Shown here: positions 38,309 through 48,057 of the stretch, piece after piece
Layout of the letters: each line of letters opens with the position of its first letter
How positions within the stretch are numbered: position 1 is the first letter of the stretch
NCBI GenBank assembly: GCA_964561095.1
Contig: CAZLNV010000002.1
Location: forward strand, 1-49,374
Reading direction: 5' to 3'
Source: an uncultured Muribaculaceae bacterium
GTDB lineage: Bacteria; Bacillota_I; Bacilli_A; RF39; UBA660
Length of the DNA stretch: 49,374 nucleotides
Notes under the pieces: model-generated
What the model saw: only the letters and a program-made list of their open reading frames with translations
Told to the model about the DNA's origin: nothing
Database searches by the model: none
Position numbers and translations under genes: made by a program

Positions 38309-38878
38309 ATGAATATGATACCTACAGTAATTGAAAAAAATAGTAATGGAGAAAGAGTGTATGACTTATACTCTAGGCTATTAAAAGATAGAATTATTTT
38401 TATTGATGGAGAAATAACCGATAATACTGCAAACATAGTAATTGGAGAATTATTATATTTAAATTCTAAAAGCGAAAAAGATATAAACATTTATATTAAT
38501 AGTCCAGGCGGTTCAGTAACTGCCGGGATGGCTATATATGACACTATCAATTTTGTAAAATGTGATGTGTCAATAATATGCATCGGGTTGTGTGCTTCAA
38601 TGGCGGCTTTTATTTTATCAAGCGGAACTAAGGGAAAAAGATATGCTCTTAAAAATTCTGAAATTATGATTCATCAACCCATCGGGGGTGCTCAAGGTCA
38701 AGCAACTGAAATAAAAATTGCTGCAGAAAGAATTATAAAAATAAAGAAAAAACTAGCAAAAATGCTAGCTAATAACACTGGAAAATCACTTATCAAAATT
38801 GAAAAAGATGTAGAAAGAGATTATTTTATGGATGCTAATGAAGCCCTTGATTACGGAATAATTGATAAAATACTATAA
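38309..38878 (+). CDS. clpP: ATP-dependent Clp protease proteolytic subunit
   Basis: 189 aa with [16 protein letters not shown] (Ser) and MIHQP (His). Confidence 0.96.
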   Translation: MNMIPTVIEKNSNGERVYDLYSRLLKDRIIFIDGEITDNTANIVIGELLYLNSKSEKDINIYINSPGGSVTAGMAIYDTINFVKCDVSIICIGLCASMAAFILSSGTKGKRYALKNSEIMIHQPIGGAQGQATEIKIAAERIIKIKKKLAKMLANNTGKSLIKIEKDVERDYFMDANEALDYGIIDKIL

Positions 38879-38879
38879 A

Positions 38880-39818
38880 TTAATAATCGAAATAATCCTC
38901 TTCACCTTTACTTATTATTTCTTTTATTTTTCTAAATCTATGATTTATACCACTTTTAGTAATTTTTTTGCCAGTTTCTAAACTTATTATTTCCGCAAGT
39001 TCTGCCATAGAACTTTCAGGATATTTTTCTTTATAAATGCATAACTCTTGTATTTTTTCATCTAACATATCAAAATCTTTTAATTCTTTTAATTTATGTA
39101 TATCCTCAACTTGCTTCATAGAAGTTTCAACTATTTTATCTATATTAGCTTGTTCACAATTATTAAGCCTATTAGTCATGTTTTTATGGTCTCTATATAT
39201 TCTGATATCCTCATAATAAAATAAAGAGTTATATGCATTTAACAATTTAATAAAATCACTTATTCTTTCTGATTCTTTCATATAAACCATGTAGTTTTGA
39301 TTTCTTTTAATAACTTTACTATTAAAATATATTTCATTTAGTAAATTATTAACAAAGTAAGCAGTTTCTTTATTTTTCACCATTAATTCAGCATGATATC
39401 TCGAAGTTTTTGGATCATTTATACTTCCACAAGCAAAGAAAATTCCTCTTATATAAGAATATTTATCTTCTAAAGTATCAACTATATATTCTTCAGGCAC
39501 ATATATTCTTTTATTATTTTTAAAAATAGATAAATCTTTCAATATAAGATCATATTTTTCTTTTATAATTATAATTACTATTGAGCTTTTTTTAAAATTA
39601 TTTTGCTCTGTTTTTTCCATAATAATATCAATATGATATAGTTCTTTTATAAGTTTATATATTCTCCTAGCAACACTTAATGTTTCAAAATAAATTTTTA
39701 TTTCTTCATTTTCAAATGTTCCAATAACATTAATGATTGCAGATAATTCGGCAATCATCTCTGACTGAGAATAAATATTATTTGATATCTCATTTTTTAT
39801 ATTAGACGTAAAAGACAT
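38880..39818 (-). CDS. whiA: DNA-binding protein WhiA
   Basis: MSFTSNIKNEI... start behind a GAGGTGG RBS. Degenerate LAGLIDADG-like core plus a C-terminal HTH (SMAELAEIISLETGKKITKSGINHRFRKI). The track extension to 39887 overlaps the upstream gene. Confidence 0.9.
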   Translation of the reverse strand: MSFTSNIKNEISNNIYSQSEMIAELSAIINVIGTFENEEIKIYFETLSVARRIYKLIKELYHIDIIMEKTEQNNFKKSSIVIIIIKEKYDLILKDLSIFKNNKRIYVPEEYIVDTLEDKYSYIRGIFFACGSINDPKTSRYHAELMVKNKETAYFVNNLLNEIYFNSKVIKRNQNYMVYMKESERISDFIKLLNAYNSLFYYEDIRIYRDHKNMTNRLNNCEQANIDKIVETSMKQVEDIHKLKELKDFDMLDEKIQELCIYKEKYPESSMAELAEIISLETGKKITKSGINHRFRKIKEIISKGEEDYFDY

Positions 39819-39819
39819 T

Positions 39820-40980
39820 TTACCACCTCGAATAAAATCTAGATCCCTTAGCAGGAAAGTAAATAAAATTTCTTGGATCTTGAGCATTATTTCTATTTGT
39901 TGTCCAACCTTCTAAGATACCAAAATGCAAGTGTGCTCCGGTCGTACAATCATCATATACTTGTGTTGTTTTTCCGCCGCCTGAATAACCTATTACTGTA
40001 TTAATATTTACATAATCATTCTTTTTAACATTAAATGACACTAGATGCATATAGACTGTAGTATATCTTTTCCCGCCTATATTGTGGTCTATATAAATCA
40101 TATTTCCACCACAACTATTTCTTCCAGAAACTACTGCAACTTTTCCTGCAGCTGCAGCATATACCTTTGTCCATTCAGGAATTGCAATATCTATTCCTCT
40201 ATGATAACCTTTTTCACCATTAACAGTTCTCCAACCAAAATTACTACTAACTCTGCCCGAAATTAAAGGTCTTACAAATCCATTACTATAAGGAATACTC
40301 GTACATGTAGTTAAATCTTCATCTAGTTTACATCCTTCACTTTCATAAAATTCTATTTCTGCTTCAAATATTTTTATTTCTTCGTTTACAGATAATTTTT
40401 CATCATCCAAATCATCCAACGTTAAATTAAGAGTTAATAATTTTTTTTGAAATGACTTTATTTGATTTTCTAAATCACTAATTTTAACTTTTAAATCTTT
40501 TTGTAATTGCTTATTTTGTTCAATCATATCATACATTTCATCTATTAATTTATCATTATAATCACTTAACTGCTCAACAACAGTCATTCTATATATAAAG
40601 TCAGTAAAACTTGTAGCATTAAAAACATATTCTAAAAATACACTTTCTCCGTTTGCTACTTGAATAAACCTTAATAGTTCGTCTATTTCTTTATTTTTTT
40701 CTATTATTTCTTCATTTAATTCATCTATTTTTTCTCTTGCTGCTTGTATATCATCTTCGCATTTTTCTATTGATTTACTTGCACTAGATATATCACTATT
40801 ATATTGTGCAACTTTTCTTTTAGTTGCCGCTCTTTGAGCCTCTATTGCTTTTTGATTAGCTATAGTTTCAGCTAATTCTTGTTTTAAATCTCTTAATGTT
40901 TTTGCTTCGGTATTTACTGGCATCATAAAAATTAATGAAATACTAAAAATACAAATAATAATTCCTAATATTTTCTTCAT
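39820..40980 (-). CDS. coiled-coil M23 peptidase (EnvC/PcsB-like FtsEX partner)
   Basis: Signal or anchor segment, a long coiled coil, then HRGIDI...HLHF M23 motifs. Confidence 0.9.
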   Translation of the reverse strand: MKKILGIIICIFSISLIFMMPVNTEAKTLRDLKQELAETIANQKAIEAQRAATKRKVAQYNSDISSASKSIEKCEDDIQAAREKIDELNEEIIEKNKEIDELLRFIQVANGESVFLEYVFNATSFTDFIYRMTVVEQLSDYNDKLIDEMYDMIEQNKQLQKDLKVKISDLENQIKSFQKKLLTLNLTLDDLDDEKLSVNEEIKIFEAEIEFYESEGCKLDEDLTTCTSIPYSNGFVRPLISGRVSSNFGWRTVNGEKGYHRGIDIAIPEWTKVYAAAAGKVAVVSGRNSCGGNMIYIDHNIGGKRYTTVYMHLVSFNVKKNDYVNINTVIGYSGGGKTTQVYDDCTTGAHLHFGILEGWTTNRNNAQDPRNFIYFPAKGSRFYSRW

Positions 40981-41879
40981 TATATTTTTAGATACCTCCT
41001 AACTGCTCTATAGCTTCCGAAAGCACCAACAACTACAGCAACTAATAATATATAAATTATTAAATCATATACAATTAAATCAGGTTTAACTAATTTTATT
41101 ATTGCGGTAAATAATTGACCACCTAATTTATTATAAAGAACAATATATCCATAACAGCAAATAAATATTGGCAATATCGAACCTATGACTCCTAACCACA
41201 ATCCTTCAAAAAAGAAAGGTAATTTAATATATGTATCTGATGCTCCTACTAATCTCATTATTTCAATTTCTCTTTTTCTATTAGATATAGTTATCTTAAT
41301 TGTGTTGCTAATTAAAAATGCAGTAACTAATATTAAAGCCGCTACTACTACATAAGTAACTTTTTTTACTATATCAAATATTTTAACTAATTCTTCAACC
41401 ATTCCTTCACCATATTTAACAATGGCTACTTTTTCAAATTGTTTTATTTCATTTGCAGTATTTCCAATAGTATTAATATCTTTTACTTTAACTAAAAAGG
41501 TATCCTGAAGAGGATTTGTCTCAGCGGTATAATTACTCATAATACTATCAAATACTTCAGATTCTTTTTGCATTTCTTTTCTTGTTGTCTCTTTTGATTG
41601 AAATGTAACACTTTCTACATTATCAATATTATTAATTAATTTACCAACTAAATCAACTTGTTCATTTGTAGCTTCTCTGTCTACAAATACAACTATTGTC
41701 ATATCTTTTTCTATATCTTTAGTAAAACTGTTAACATTATATGAAAGTATTACACTAACAGCGACTAATATTAATGTGATTGAGATACATGATATACTTG
41801 CAATACTTAAACTTATATTTCTTCCTACACTCGTAAATGATTCAGAAATACTTCTAAATAAAATTCTAAACCCTTTCAT
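40980..41879 (-). CDS. ftsX: cell-division permease-like protein FtsX
   Basis: 299 aa, 4 TM segments with a large extracellular loop. Overlaps ftsE by 14 nt. Confidence 0.9.
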   Translation of the reverse strand: MKGFRILFRSISESFTSVGRNISLSIASISCISITLILVAVSVILSYNVNSFTKDIEKDMTIVVFVDREATNEQVDLVGKLINNIDNVESVTFQSKETTRKEMQKESEVFDSIMSNYTAETNPLQDTFLVKVKDINTIGNTANEIKQFEKVAIVKYGEGMVEELVKIFDIVKKVTYVVVAALILVTAFLISNTIKITISNRKREIEIMRLVGASDTYIKLPFFFEGLWLGVIGSILPIFICCYGYIVLYNKLGGQLFTAIIKLVKPDLIVYDLIIYILLVAVVVGAFGSYRAVRRYLKI

Positions 41880-42564
41880 TTTTATAAGTTCCTTTCACCA
41901 TATCGTTAATAATCATCCCATGATCTAGGACTATAACTCTCTTTTTAAATTTATTAACTATCTCTCTATCATGAGTTGCCATTATTATTGTAGTTCCTAA
42001 ATCTTTATTAATATTATCTATTACTTTCATTACTTCTAAAGATGTATCTGGGTCCAAATTACCTGTAGGTTCATCGCATATTAAAACTTTAGGATTGTTA
42101 ACAATGGCTCTTGCTATAGAAACTCTTTGCTGTTCTCCTCCAGATAATTGATCAGGAAAACTCCTCCATTTATCCTTTAAACCTACTAAATCTATAGCTT
42201 TTAATGTCTTTTTTCTAATTTCATCATTCTTTAATCCGTATACTTTAAGAGCAAAAGCTACATTTTCATATACTGTCTTTTTAGCTAATAATTTATAATC
42301 TTGAAATACTATCCCAAGTTTTCTTCTCAACTTAAATACTTTTCTATTTTTTAATTTAGCTACATTTATTCCACCAATAAAAACTTCACCTTTTGTTGGT
42401 TTTTCTTCTCTATAAAGTAACTTTATAAATGTTGATTTACCACTACCAGAAGCTCCAATTACAAAAACAAATTCTCCTTTTTCGATTTGAGTTGTAACAT
42501 CGCACAAGGCTGTTACGCCATTTCTATATTGCTTAAACACATTTTTAAATTCAATTAATTCCAC
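41866..42564 (-). CDS. ftsE: cell-division ATP-binding protein FtsE
   Basis: Walker A GASGSGKST and signature LSGGEQQR. GTG start behind GAGGAGG. Confidence 0.92.
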   Translation of the reverse strand: MELIEFKNVFKQYRNGVTALCDVTTQIEKGEFVFVIGASGSGKSTFIKLLYREEKPTKGEVFIGGINVAKLKNRKVFKLRRKLGIVFQDYKLLAKKTVYENVAFALKVYGLKNDEIRKKTLKAIDLVGLKDKWRSFPDQLSGGEQQRVSIARAIVNNPKVLICDEPTGNLDPDTSLEVMKVIDNINKDLGTTIIMATHDREIVNKFKKRVIVLDHGMIINDMVKGTYKNERV

Positions 42565-42607
42565 TTTACCTCCTCAACTGATTATTATACATCATCACTT
42601 TATTATT

Positions 42608-43510
42608 TTAAATTGGTAGTTTCTTCCTTTTGGTACCACCTAATACCTCATAGCAATCACTTACTATTATAAATGCATTTTCATCTATTTCTTTTATTGC
42701 ACTTTTTAAATAAGAATATTTTTCTGTTGGAACTACACACATAAGCATTTTCTTTTTCTTTCCACTAAAACCGCCTTTAATGTCATATTCAGTTACACCA
42801 CTATGTATTTCTCCCATTATAAAACTACTTACTTCATCTTCCTTCGTTGTTTGTATTACAAACATTTTACTGTCTGATATTCCAAGCATCATCCTGTCTA
42901 TCATAAAAGTAGAAATGGTTACTATAATTAAAGCATACATAATCATTGTGTATCCGAATGTAAATCCACCTAAAGCAATTATTACAAAAGATATTGTTCT
43001 CATCACTTTGCCTACAGGTTTTTTAGTTCTTTCACTAATTATTAATCCTAATATACTTGTTCCTCCGATAGAATAACCAAGTTTATACACTATTGCTTCA
43101 CCAAATCCTCCGCATATACCAGCAGCAAGAGCATATAAAAGTGTATTATCAAATGAAAAATTTATCCACGAAGCTATATCTTCTGTTAAAAATAAAAATA
43201 TTGTATAAAGGGCGGCTCCAGCTATACTTCCGGCAACTTTTTTACCACCCAAAAATATAAGTCCAACACCTATAAGCATTAAATTAGAAAAGAATACAAA
43301 TGTCGATACATTCATCCCATATAATTTGTTAACAACTATTCCAAGTCCTGTTACACCACCTGTAACAAAATTGTTTGGAACATAAAATAAATTAACTGAA
43401 ACTGCTGATATAAATGCGCCTAAAACAAATAGTAAAAGCTTTAAAGGATAATTCTTTTTCCTTATAGTCTCTACTACTTCACTTTGCTTGTACTTTCTAA
43501 ACCAACCCAT
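42608..43510 (-). CDS. YitT-family membrane protein (C-terminal DUF2179-like domain)
   Basis: 300 aa with 5-6 TM segments and a soluble C-terminal domain. Confidence 0.82.
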   Translation of the reverse strand: MGWFRKYKQSEVVETIRKKNYPLKLLLFVLGAFISAVSVNLFYVPNNFVTGGVTGLGIVVNKLYGMNVSTFVFFSNLMLIGVGLIFLGGKKVAGSIAGAALYTIFLFLTEDIASWINFSFDNTLLYALAAGICGGFGEAIVYKLGYSIGGTSILGLIISERTKKPVGKVMRTISFVIIALGGFTFGYTMIMYALIIVTISTFMIDRMMLGISDSKMFVIQTTKEDEVSSFIMGEIHSGVTEYDIKGGFSGKKKKMLMCVVPTEKYSYLKSAIKEIDENAFIIVSDCYEVLGGTKRKKLPI

Positions 43511-43533
43511 TTTTTACTCCTATATTCCCATAA

Positions 43534-43565
43534 TAAAAAATTATATCATAAATATAATTTTTTTA
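43534..43565 (-). terminator. hairpin terminator
   Basis: AATTATAT-CATAA-ATATAATT, flanked by an A-run and a T-run. Confidence 0.6.
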
Positions 43566-43640
43566 CTATTAGTCTTTTATAAATTTGTCACTTTTTAACA
43601 GTCTTATATTTAATAAAAGTTATCTCAAATTTTTCATATA

Positions 43641-44330
43641 TTATTCTTTTACCATATGGTTACCATAGTTTTTTATTCTAACAAATTTTAAAAGTATTTT
43701 GCTTAGCAAAATTACAACTATAAATATTATTATAAACCAGTAAATAAATCCTAATTCCCAAATATCAGAAGAAATTCTAAGCCATCCATTTGTTTCATAA
43801 TCCATAAAGAAATATGGAAATCTTTCCATTTTACCGCCTAATCCTTTAAACAATGATGACTTATCTATAAAGGTTAAAATAAAAATGAACAAACAATAAA
43901 CTAATGGCATTATTATTCCATATAAATAAGTATTTTTATTAACTTTTATTTTATCGAATAAAATAAAACTTGTTACAGCAAGCAGCGGAGAAATAAAATG
44001 TAAAGTCAAATTGCTTAAAGACAATAAGTATTCATTAAATCCCCCAAACATCTGAGGAATTAGCATAAACGTAAATATTAAAAAAGTGACAATTATACCA
44101 ATGGTGCATATAAATTTAATTATATAGATCCAATTTGGAATTTTCTTTTTAAATACTTTTAATATTAAAAGCACTAAGCTTATTAACAAAATATAAATAT
44201 TGCTTTGAATTGTATAATAAAGAATAGTCCCATTATTCATGAAACCGCCATGATTAAAAGTAAAGTATATGCCCAAACCCGAACTGATAATTATTAATGC
44301 ATCAAAAACAATTGAAAAATATTTTTTCAT
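43641..44330 (-). CDS. polytopic membrane protein, unknown function
   Basis: 229 aa, about 6 TM segments, AAGGAGG RBS, 9 nt after the prfB stop. Confidence 0.8.
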   Translation of the reverse strand: MKKYFSIVFDALIIISSGLGIYFTFNHGGFMNNGTILYYTIQSNIYILLISLVLLILKVFKKKIPNWIYIIKFICTIGIIVTFLIFTFMLIPQMFGGFNEYLLSLSNLTLHFISPLLAVTSFILFDKIKVNKNTYLYGIIMPLVYCLFIFILTFIDKSSLFKGLGGKMERFPYFFMDYETNGWLRISSDIWELGFIYWFIIIFIVVILLSKILLKFVRIKNYGNHMVKE

Positions 44331-44339
44331 ATATCCTCC

Positions 44340-45413
44340 TTATTTGCTTTTTAAATACGATTCAATAAATAAATTTATATCGCCATCTAAAACTTTTTTA
44401 ACATTAGGTGTTTCTGCTCCTGTTCTAATGTCTTTTACTAAAGTATATGGACACATTACATAACTCCTAATTGCTGATCCAAAGTTGACATCCATTGTAT
44501 CGCCTTTCAAATTTTTTAATTTATCATCAAGTTTTTGCTTTTCAAGCATATATAATTTACTTTTCAAAATTTCTAATGCTCTTTCTTTATTCTTTAATTG
44601 GCTTCTTTCATTTTGCACTGTGACAATAGTGTTAGTTGGAATGTGAGTAATTCTAACAGCTGAGTCTGTTGTATTTACACTTTGCCCTCCGGCACCACTA
44701 CTCCTATATACATCTATTTTTAAATCTGAATCTTTAATTTCTATATCTATATTACCATCTATTTCCGGAATTACAAGCACAGACGCAAAAGAAGTGTGCC
44801 TTCTTTTATTTGCATCAAATGGACTAATCCTAACTAATCTGTGTACACCGGTTTCACCTTTTAATTTACCAAAAGCATGTTTACCTTTTATATAAATAAA
44901 TACACCTTTTATACCAACTTCTTCACCAGGTTGCTCATTAATAATTTCATACTTATAACCATTATCGTTGAAGTATCTTATGTACATTCTATATATCATA
45001 TCAGCCCAATCATTCGATTCAGTTCCACCTGCCCCCGAATGTATTTCCATATATGCATTTGAATTATCATATTCTCCATCAAACAAAGTTTCAAGTTCTA
45101 AAATATCAATTTCTTCTTCAATTTTTTTTAGTTCAATTACTATTTCATCTAATTCTTCATCATTGGAAATGTCAAATAGTTCTCTTGCATTTTCAAGTCT
45201 TAATTTTATATCATCAATTTGCTTTATTTCTTTCTTTACAGAATTTAATTGTTCCATAACCTTATTAGCATTTAAACTATCTAACCAAAATCCATCTTTT
45301 AAGCATTCTAAATTTAATTCTTCCAATTTAATTCTTTTAGACTCAATATCTAATTTATCACATAAAAATAATATCTTTACTTGCATTTCTTCCAGTTCTT
45401 TTTTTATATCCAT
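44340..45413 (-). CDS. prfB: peptide chain release factor 2, encoded in a single frame
   Basis: SPF tripeptide (RISPFDA) and GGQ (SGAGGQSVN). 357 aa starting at an ATG behind GAGGGA. Confidence 0.94.
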   Translation of the reverse strand: MDIKKELEEMQVKILFLCDKLDIESKRIKLEELNLECLKDGFWLDSLNANKVMEQLNSVKKEIKQIDDIKLRLENARELFDISNDEELDEIVIELKKIEEEIDILELETLFDGEYDNSNAYMEIHSGAGGTESNDWADMIYRMYIRYFNDNGYKYEIINEQPGEEVGIKGVFIYIKGKHAFGKLKGETGVHRLVRISPFDANKRRHTSFASVLVIPEIDGNIDIEIKDSDLKIDVYRSSGAGGQSVNTTDSAVRITHIPTNTIVTVQNERSQLKNKERALEILKSKLYMLEKQKLDDKLKNLKGDTMDVNFGSAIRSYVMCPYTLVKDIRTGAETPNVKKVLDGDINLFIESYLKSK

Positions 45414-45458
45414 ACTATTTCCCTCAAATTTATATTATCATTTTTTATTCAATAATAA

Positions 45459-45476
45459 AAGGAGTTATTAACTCCC
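45459..45476 (-). terminator. terminator after the HD-domain gene
   Basis: GGAGTT-AATA-AACTCC, followed by UUUUAUUAUU on the minus-strand transcript. Confidence 0.65.
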
Positions 45477-45572
45477 ATACTATTTATCTAAAGATAATAT
45501 TATTTTTTTACTGCTTCTAATTTACTTTTAAATTCTTCTTTTGCCAGTCAATATTCATATATCTTGTTAAAT

Positions 45573-46208
45573 TTATTTTTTGCCAATTCTATGAGTTAAC
45601 GCATAATTTGAAACATCTTTAAAATTATCATCATAATTATAAGTTTGCTGTCCAAAATTAAGCCACATTTCTTCCCAACTCATCCCACGTTCTAATAGTG
45701 AACGTACTCTATCATTATCCATTATCTTGTTGTTCTCTTGATGGCTCAAATCAACTAAACCCTCTTCACCGTATAATTTTGCTTGTAAGTCACACTCTAA
45801 CTTATCGCAGTAGTGGGCAAATAAAGATTCCTTTGTATTACGTGATTCAAACTCCAAAAATAAATCTATTAATTCATCTTTTATAAGTAAACTAGATGCT
45901 ACATCTTTTACAGCTTCATATTCTAATTTTGCTTTTTCTTCTTTAGAAATTTGAAATTGAGTTAAATCGCCTATTTTAATTTCTCCCAATTCGTGTATTG
46001 AAAGCATTAATATTACTTTTGAAATGTCTATATCGCATTTATACTCAGAATATATTGCTAAAGCTAACATTTGAACACCATAAATATGTTCTGCAACGCT
46101 TTCAAGTCTTTCTTTCTCTACGTTCCAATTTTTCCATCCTGTTCTAGTTATATTTTTTAATTTATTACATAGAACATAATAATTTATTACATTTTCTGAT
46201 TTTCCCAT
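45573..46208 (-). CDS. HD-domain phosphohydrolase, YfbR-like 5'-deoxynucleotidase type
   Basis: ITRTGW...ESVAEH...SIHELGEIKIGD motifs. ATG 46206-46208 preferred over 46223. Confidence 0.8.
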   Translation of the reverse strand: MGKSENVINYYVLCNKLKNITRTGWKNWNVEKERLESVAEHIYGVQMLALAIYSEYKCDIDISKVILMLSIHELGEIKIGDLTQFQISKEEKAKLEYEAVKDVASSLLIKDELIDLFLEFESRNTKESLFAHYCDKLECDLQAKLYGEEGLVDLSHQENNKIMDNDRVRSLLERGMSWEEMWLNFGQQTYNYDDNFKDVSNYALTHRIGKK

Positions 46209-46253
46209 AAACCCTCTTAACATAATTATAGCATAAAATTACTAAATGTTTAT

Positions 46254-46652
46254 TTATTCACATTTAATTAAATTTTCTTCTAATAATTCTACATTTGAAA
46301 AATTACTTACTATATAATTTTTATTTTGATAACGCAAATATTCTCCTTCAAATGTAAATTTTATTTTCTTATCATTTTCAAATTCAAATATATAAAACGT
46401 ATTATCATCGGTAACAGAAATCTTACTTTCTTTTACTATTTTTAAATCATTTATTGCTTTATATGCATTCTCTGTATCTACACTGTAACATAATTTATTT
46501 CCTTCACTTATTTTTATTACAGTTACAGATATTAAACTATCTTTATAGTTATTTATATAGCTCCTGTCACTGATTTCTTCAAATTGAAGTGGCCTCTTAT
46601 TTGTACAACCCACTAATAAGACAAACATAATTATTAATACTACTTTTTTCAT
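46254..46652 (-). CDS. lipoprotein of unknown function
   Basis: MKKVVLIIMFVLLVGC lipobox. 132 aa. Confidence 0.8.
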   Translation of the reverse strand: MKKVVLIIMFVLLVGCTNKRPLQFEEISDRSYINNYKDSLISVTVIKISEGNKLCYSVDTENAYKAINDLKIVKESKISVTDDNTFYIFEFENDKKIKFTFEGEYLRYQNKNYIVSNFSNVELLEENLIKCE

Positions 46653-46654
46653 AA

Positions 46655-47764
46655 CTACCTTTCTATATAACCATTTACAGCTTCTGTATACATAGTGTCT
46701 GTAACGCTTTCATATCTTGTCCCTTTATATTCATCAAGAAAACCATTATATGCTTTGTAAATTTCTCCAGTTTTAGTATCAATTACTCTTTCATATCCCA
46801 AAGTAGCATCACTATACTTTTGACTAGTTATATCATAGCTTTTTTGTCTTGCACTCCACGCTTTATTATATGAATCAAATGCTTCATTAATAGATGCATT
46901 TATTGCTAAAGCACTCTTAGTTCTTTCATTTCCATTTTTAATTGTTGTTGTAACAAAAGAATCTTTATAAGCAAGAGAATTTAAAGAGTTAGTAAGTATA
47001 CTCCCGTAGTTAATTAAATCATATTCTCCGGTTGATATACCCATTACGTTATACATTGTATAGAATAATGTATCATAACCCAAAGCCATATATGATCCAT
47101 TATTTACGAGACTTCCCATGAATAATCCTTCACCAACTTTTCCAGTAACAGAATCTTGAAAAGTTGCTCTTAAAGTCTTATCATCCTTTGACACACTTTT
47201 CATACTTGAATTACTTTCAAATTTTTCAACAACCGCAAAGTTTTTTAAATCTGGAAATTTAAAATTATTGTACATAGTATCAACTTTTTTAGTATACGAT
47301 GCATATTCATTGAAACTGCTATAAAATGCTTCTACTGTTGGCTTATATAAAACAATTGCTTCTGCTAGTACTTTGTTACCAGACCCTCCAAAAGATTTAT
47401 AATAATTTTGATACCATTTTTTAGCTTTATCATTTTTTAAAAATGGTTCTGCTTTTAATATGGAAAATATTTGATATCTATTGTCATTTGGATTATATAC
47501 CCTAATTGCGTAAAACATATCATAGCCACCAGTTTCAACTACCCATCCTTTAGGAATATTCATAGTAAAATTCTCATTTTCATATTTTACTAGTTGAATA
47601 GATGACGCACTACTTTTAACAATTTTAACTTTCTTAAAATTTCCAAATAACAAAATAATTAAAAGTATAATAATCACAGTACCCGCTATCACGCAAATTA
47701 AATTTTTTTTATTACTTAATACTTTCTTTATAATATCTTTAATATCCTTACCATTAATTTTCAT
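46655..47764 (-). CDS. membrane-anchored extracytoplasmic protein of unknown function
   Basis: 369 aa with a single N-terminal TM segment. 2-nt gap to the lipoprotein gene. Confidence 0.8.
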   Translation of the reverse strand: MKINGKDIKDIIKKVLSNKKNLICVIAGTVIIILLIILLFGNFKKVKIVKSSASSIQLVKYENENFTMNIPKGWVVETGGYDMFYAIRVYNPNDNRYQIFSILKAEPFLKNDKAKKWYQNYYKSFGGSGNKVLAEAIVLYKPTVEAFYSSFNEYASYTKKVDTMYNNFKFPDLKNFAVVEKFESNSSMKSVSKDDKTLRATFQDSVTGKVGEGLFMGSLVNNGSYMALGYDTLFYTMYNVMGISTGEYDLINYGSILTNSLNSLAYKDSFVTTTIKNGNERTKSALAINASINEAFDSYNKAWSARQKSYDITSQKYSDATLGYERVIDTKTGEIYKAYNGFLDEYKGTRYESVTDTMYTEAVNGYIER

Positions 47765-47842
47765 TTCAATTGTTTTCCTTTACCTAATATATAAATTATA
47801 ACACAATACTTATAACATATCTAATCATATATTTTTAATATC

Positions 47843-47871
47843 AAAAAAGCTCATAACATGAGCTTTTTTTT
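47843..47871. terminator. bidirectional terminator
   Basis: AAAAA-AGCTCAT-AAC-ATGAGCT-TTTTTTT. Confidence 0.75.
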
Positions 47872-47923
47872 ATTTACCACAGCATTGTTTATATTTTTTA
47901 CCACTGCCACATGGCTCGCATGT
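47870..47923 (-). other. SEC-C motif remnant (17 codons plus stop, no start codon)
   Basis: Minus strand encodes TCEPCGSGKKYKQCCGK*, bounded upstream by TAA at 47924-47926. Confidence 0.7.
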
Positions 47924-48020
47924 TTAGACATTTTGAGAAGTCTTGAAACTTTAAAGCCCTTTAATACTCGTTAAAAATGCACTTGAGCACTTTTGATAAC
48001 TCTCGGCAAAACTAGCACAG

Positions 48021-48040
48021 CTTATCTAAAAACTTATCTA
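48021..48040 (-). repeat. TAGATAAG direct doublet downstream of KilA-N; second doublet at 49180-49198
   Basis: The plus strand has CTTATCTA twice, 12 nt apart. Upstream of the gene, CTTATCTA and CTTATCTG lie 11 nt apart. Both sets are followed by a T7-GAT block. Confidence 0.6.
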
Positions 48041-48057
48041 AATTAAATTTTTTTGAT

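Noticed and set aside
38296-38490. 64-aa minus-strand ORF overlapping the clpP start.
   Set aside because: It lies antisense to the highly conserved clpP 5' end, with a hydrophobic mirror-frame translation.
44877-45471. Three plus-strand ORFs overlapping prfB (44877-45062, 44968-45471, 45053-45259).
   Set aside because: They lie antisense to a clear RF2 gene. Their Ser/Phe/Ile-rich low-complexity products are mirror-frame artefacts.
45480-45572. Tiny ORF (MNIDWQKKNLKVN) between the HD gene and its terminator.
   Set aside because: It is 13 codons long with no RBS and no supporting feature.
47873-47935. Possible small ORF (MSKHASHVAVVKNINNAVV...) in another frame across the first SEC-C remnant.
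   Set aside because: It has no RBS and runs through the terminator hairpin. The SEC-C frame explains the sequence conservation better.
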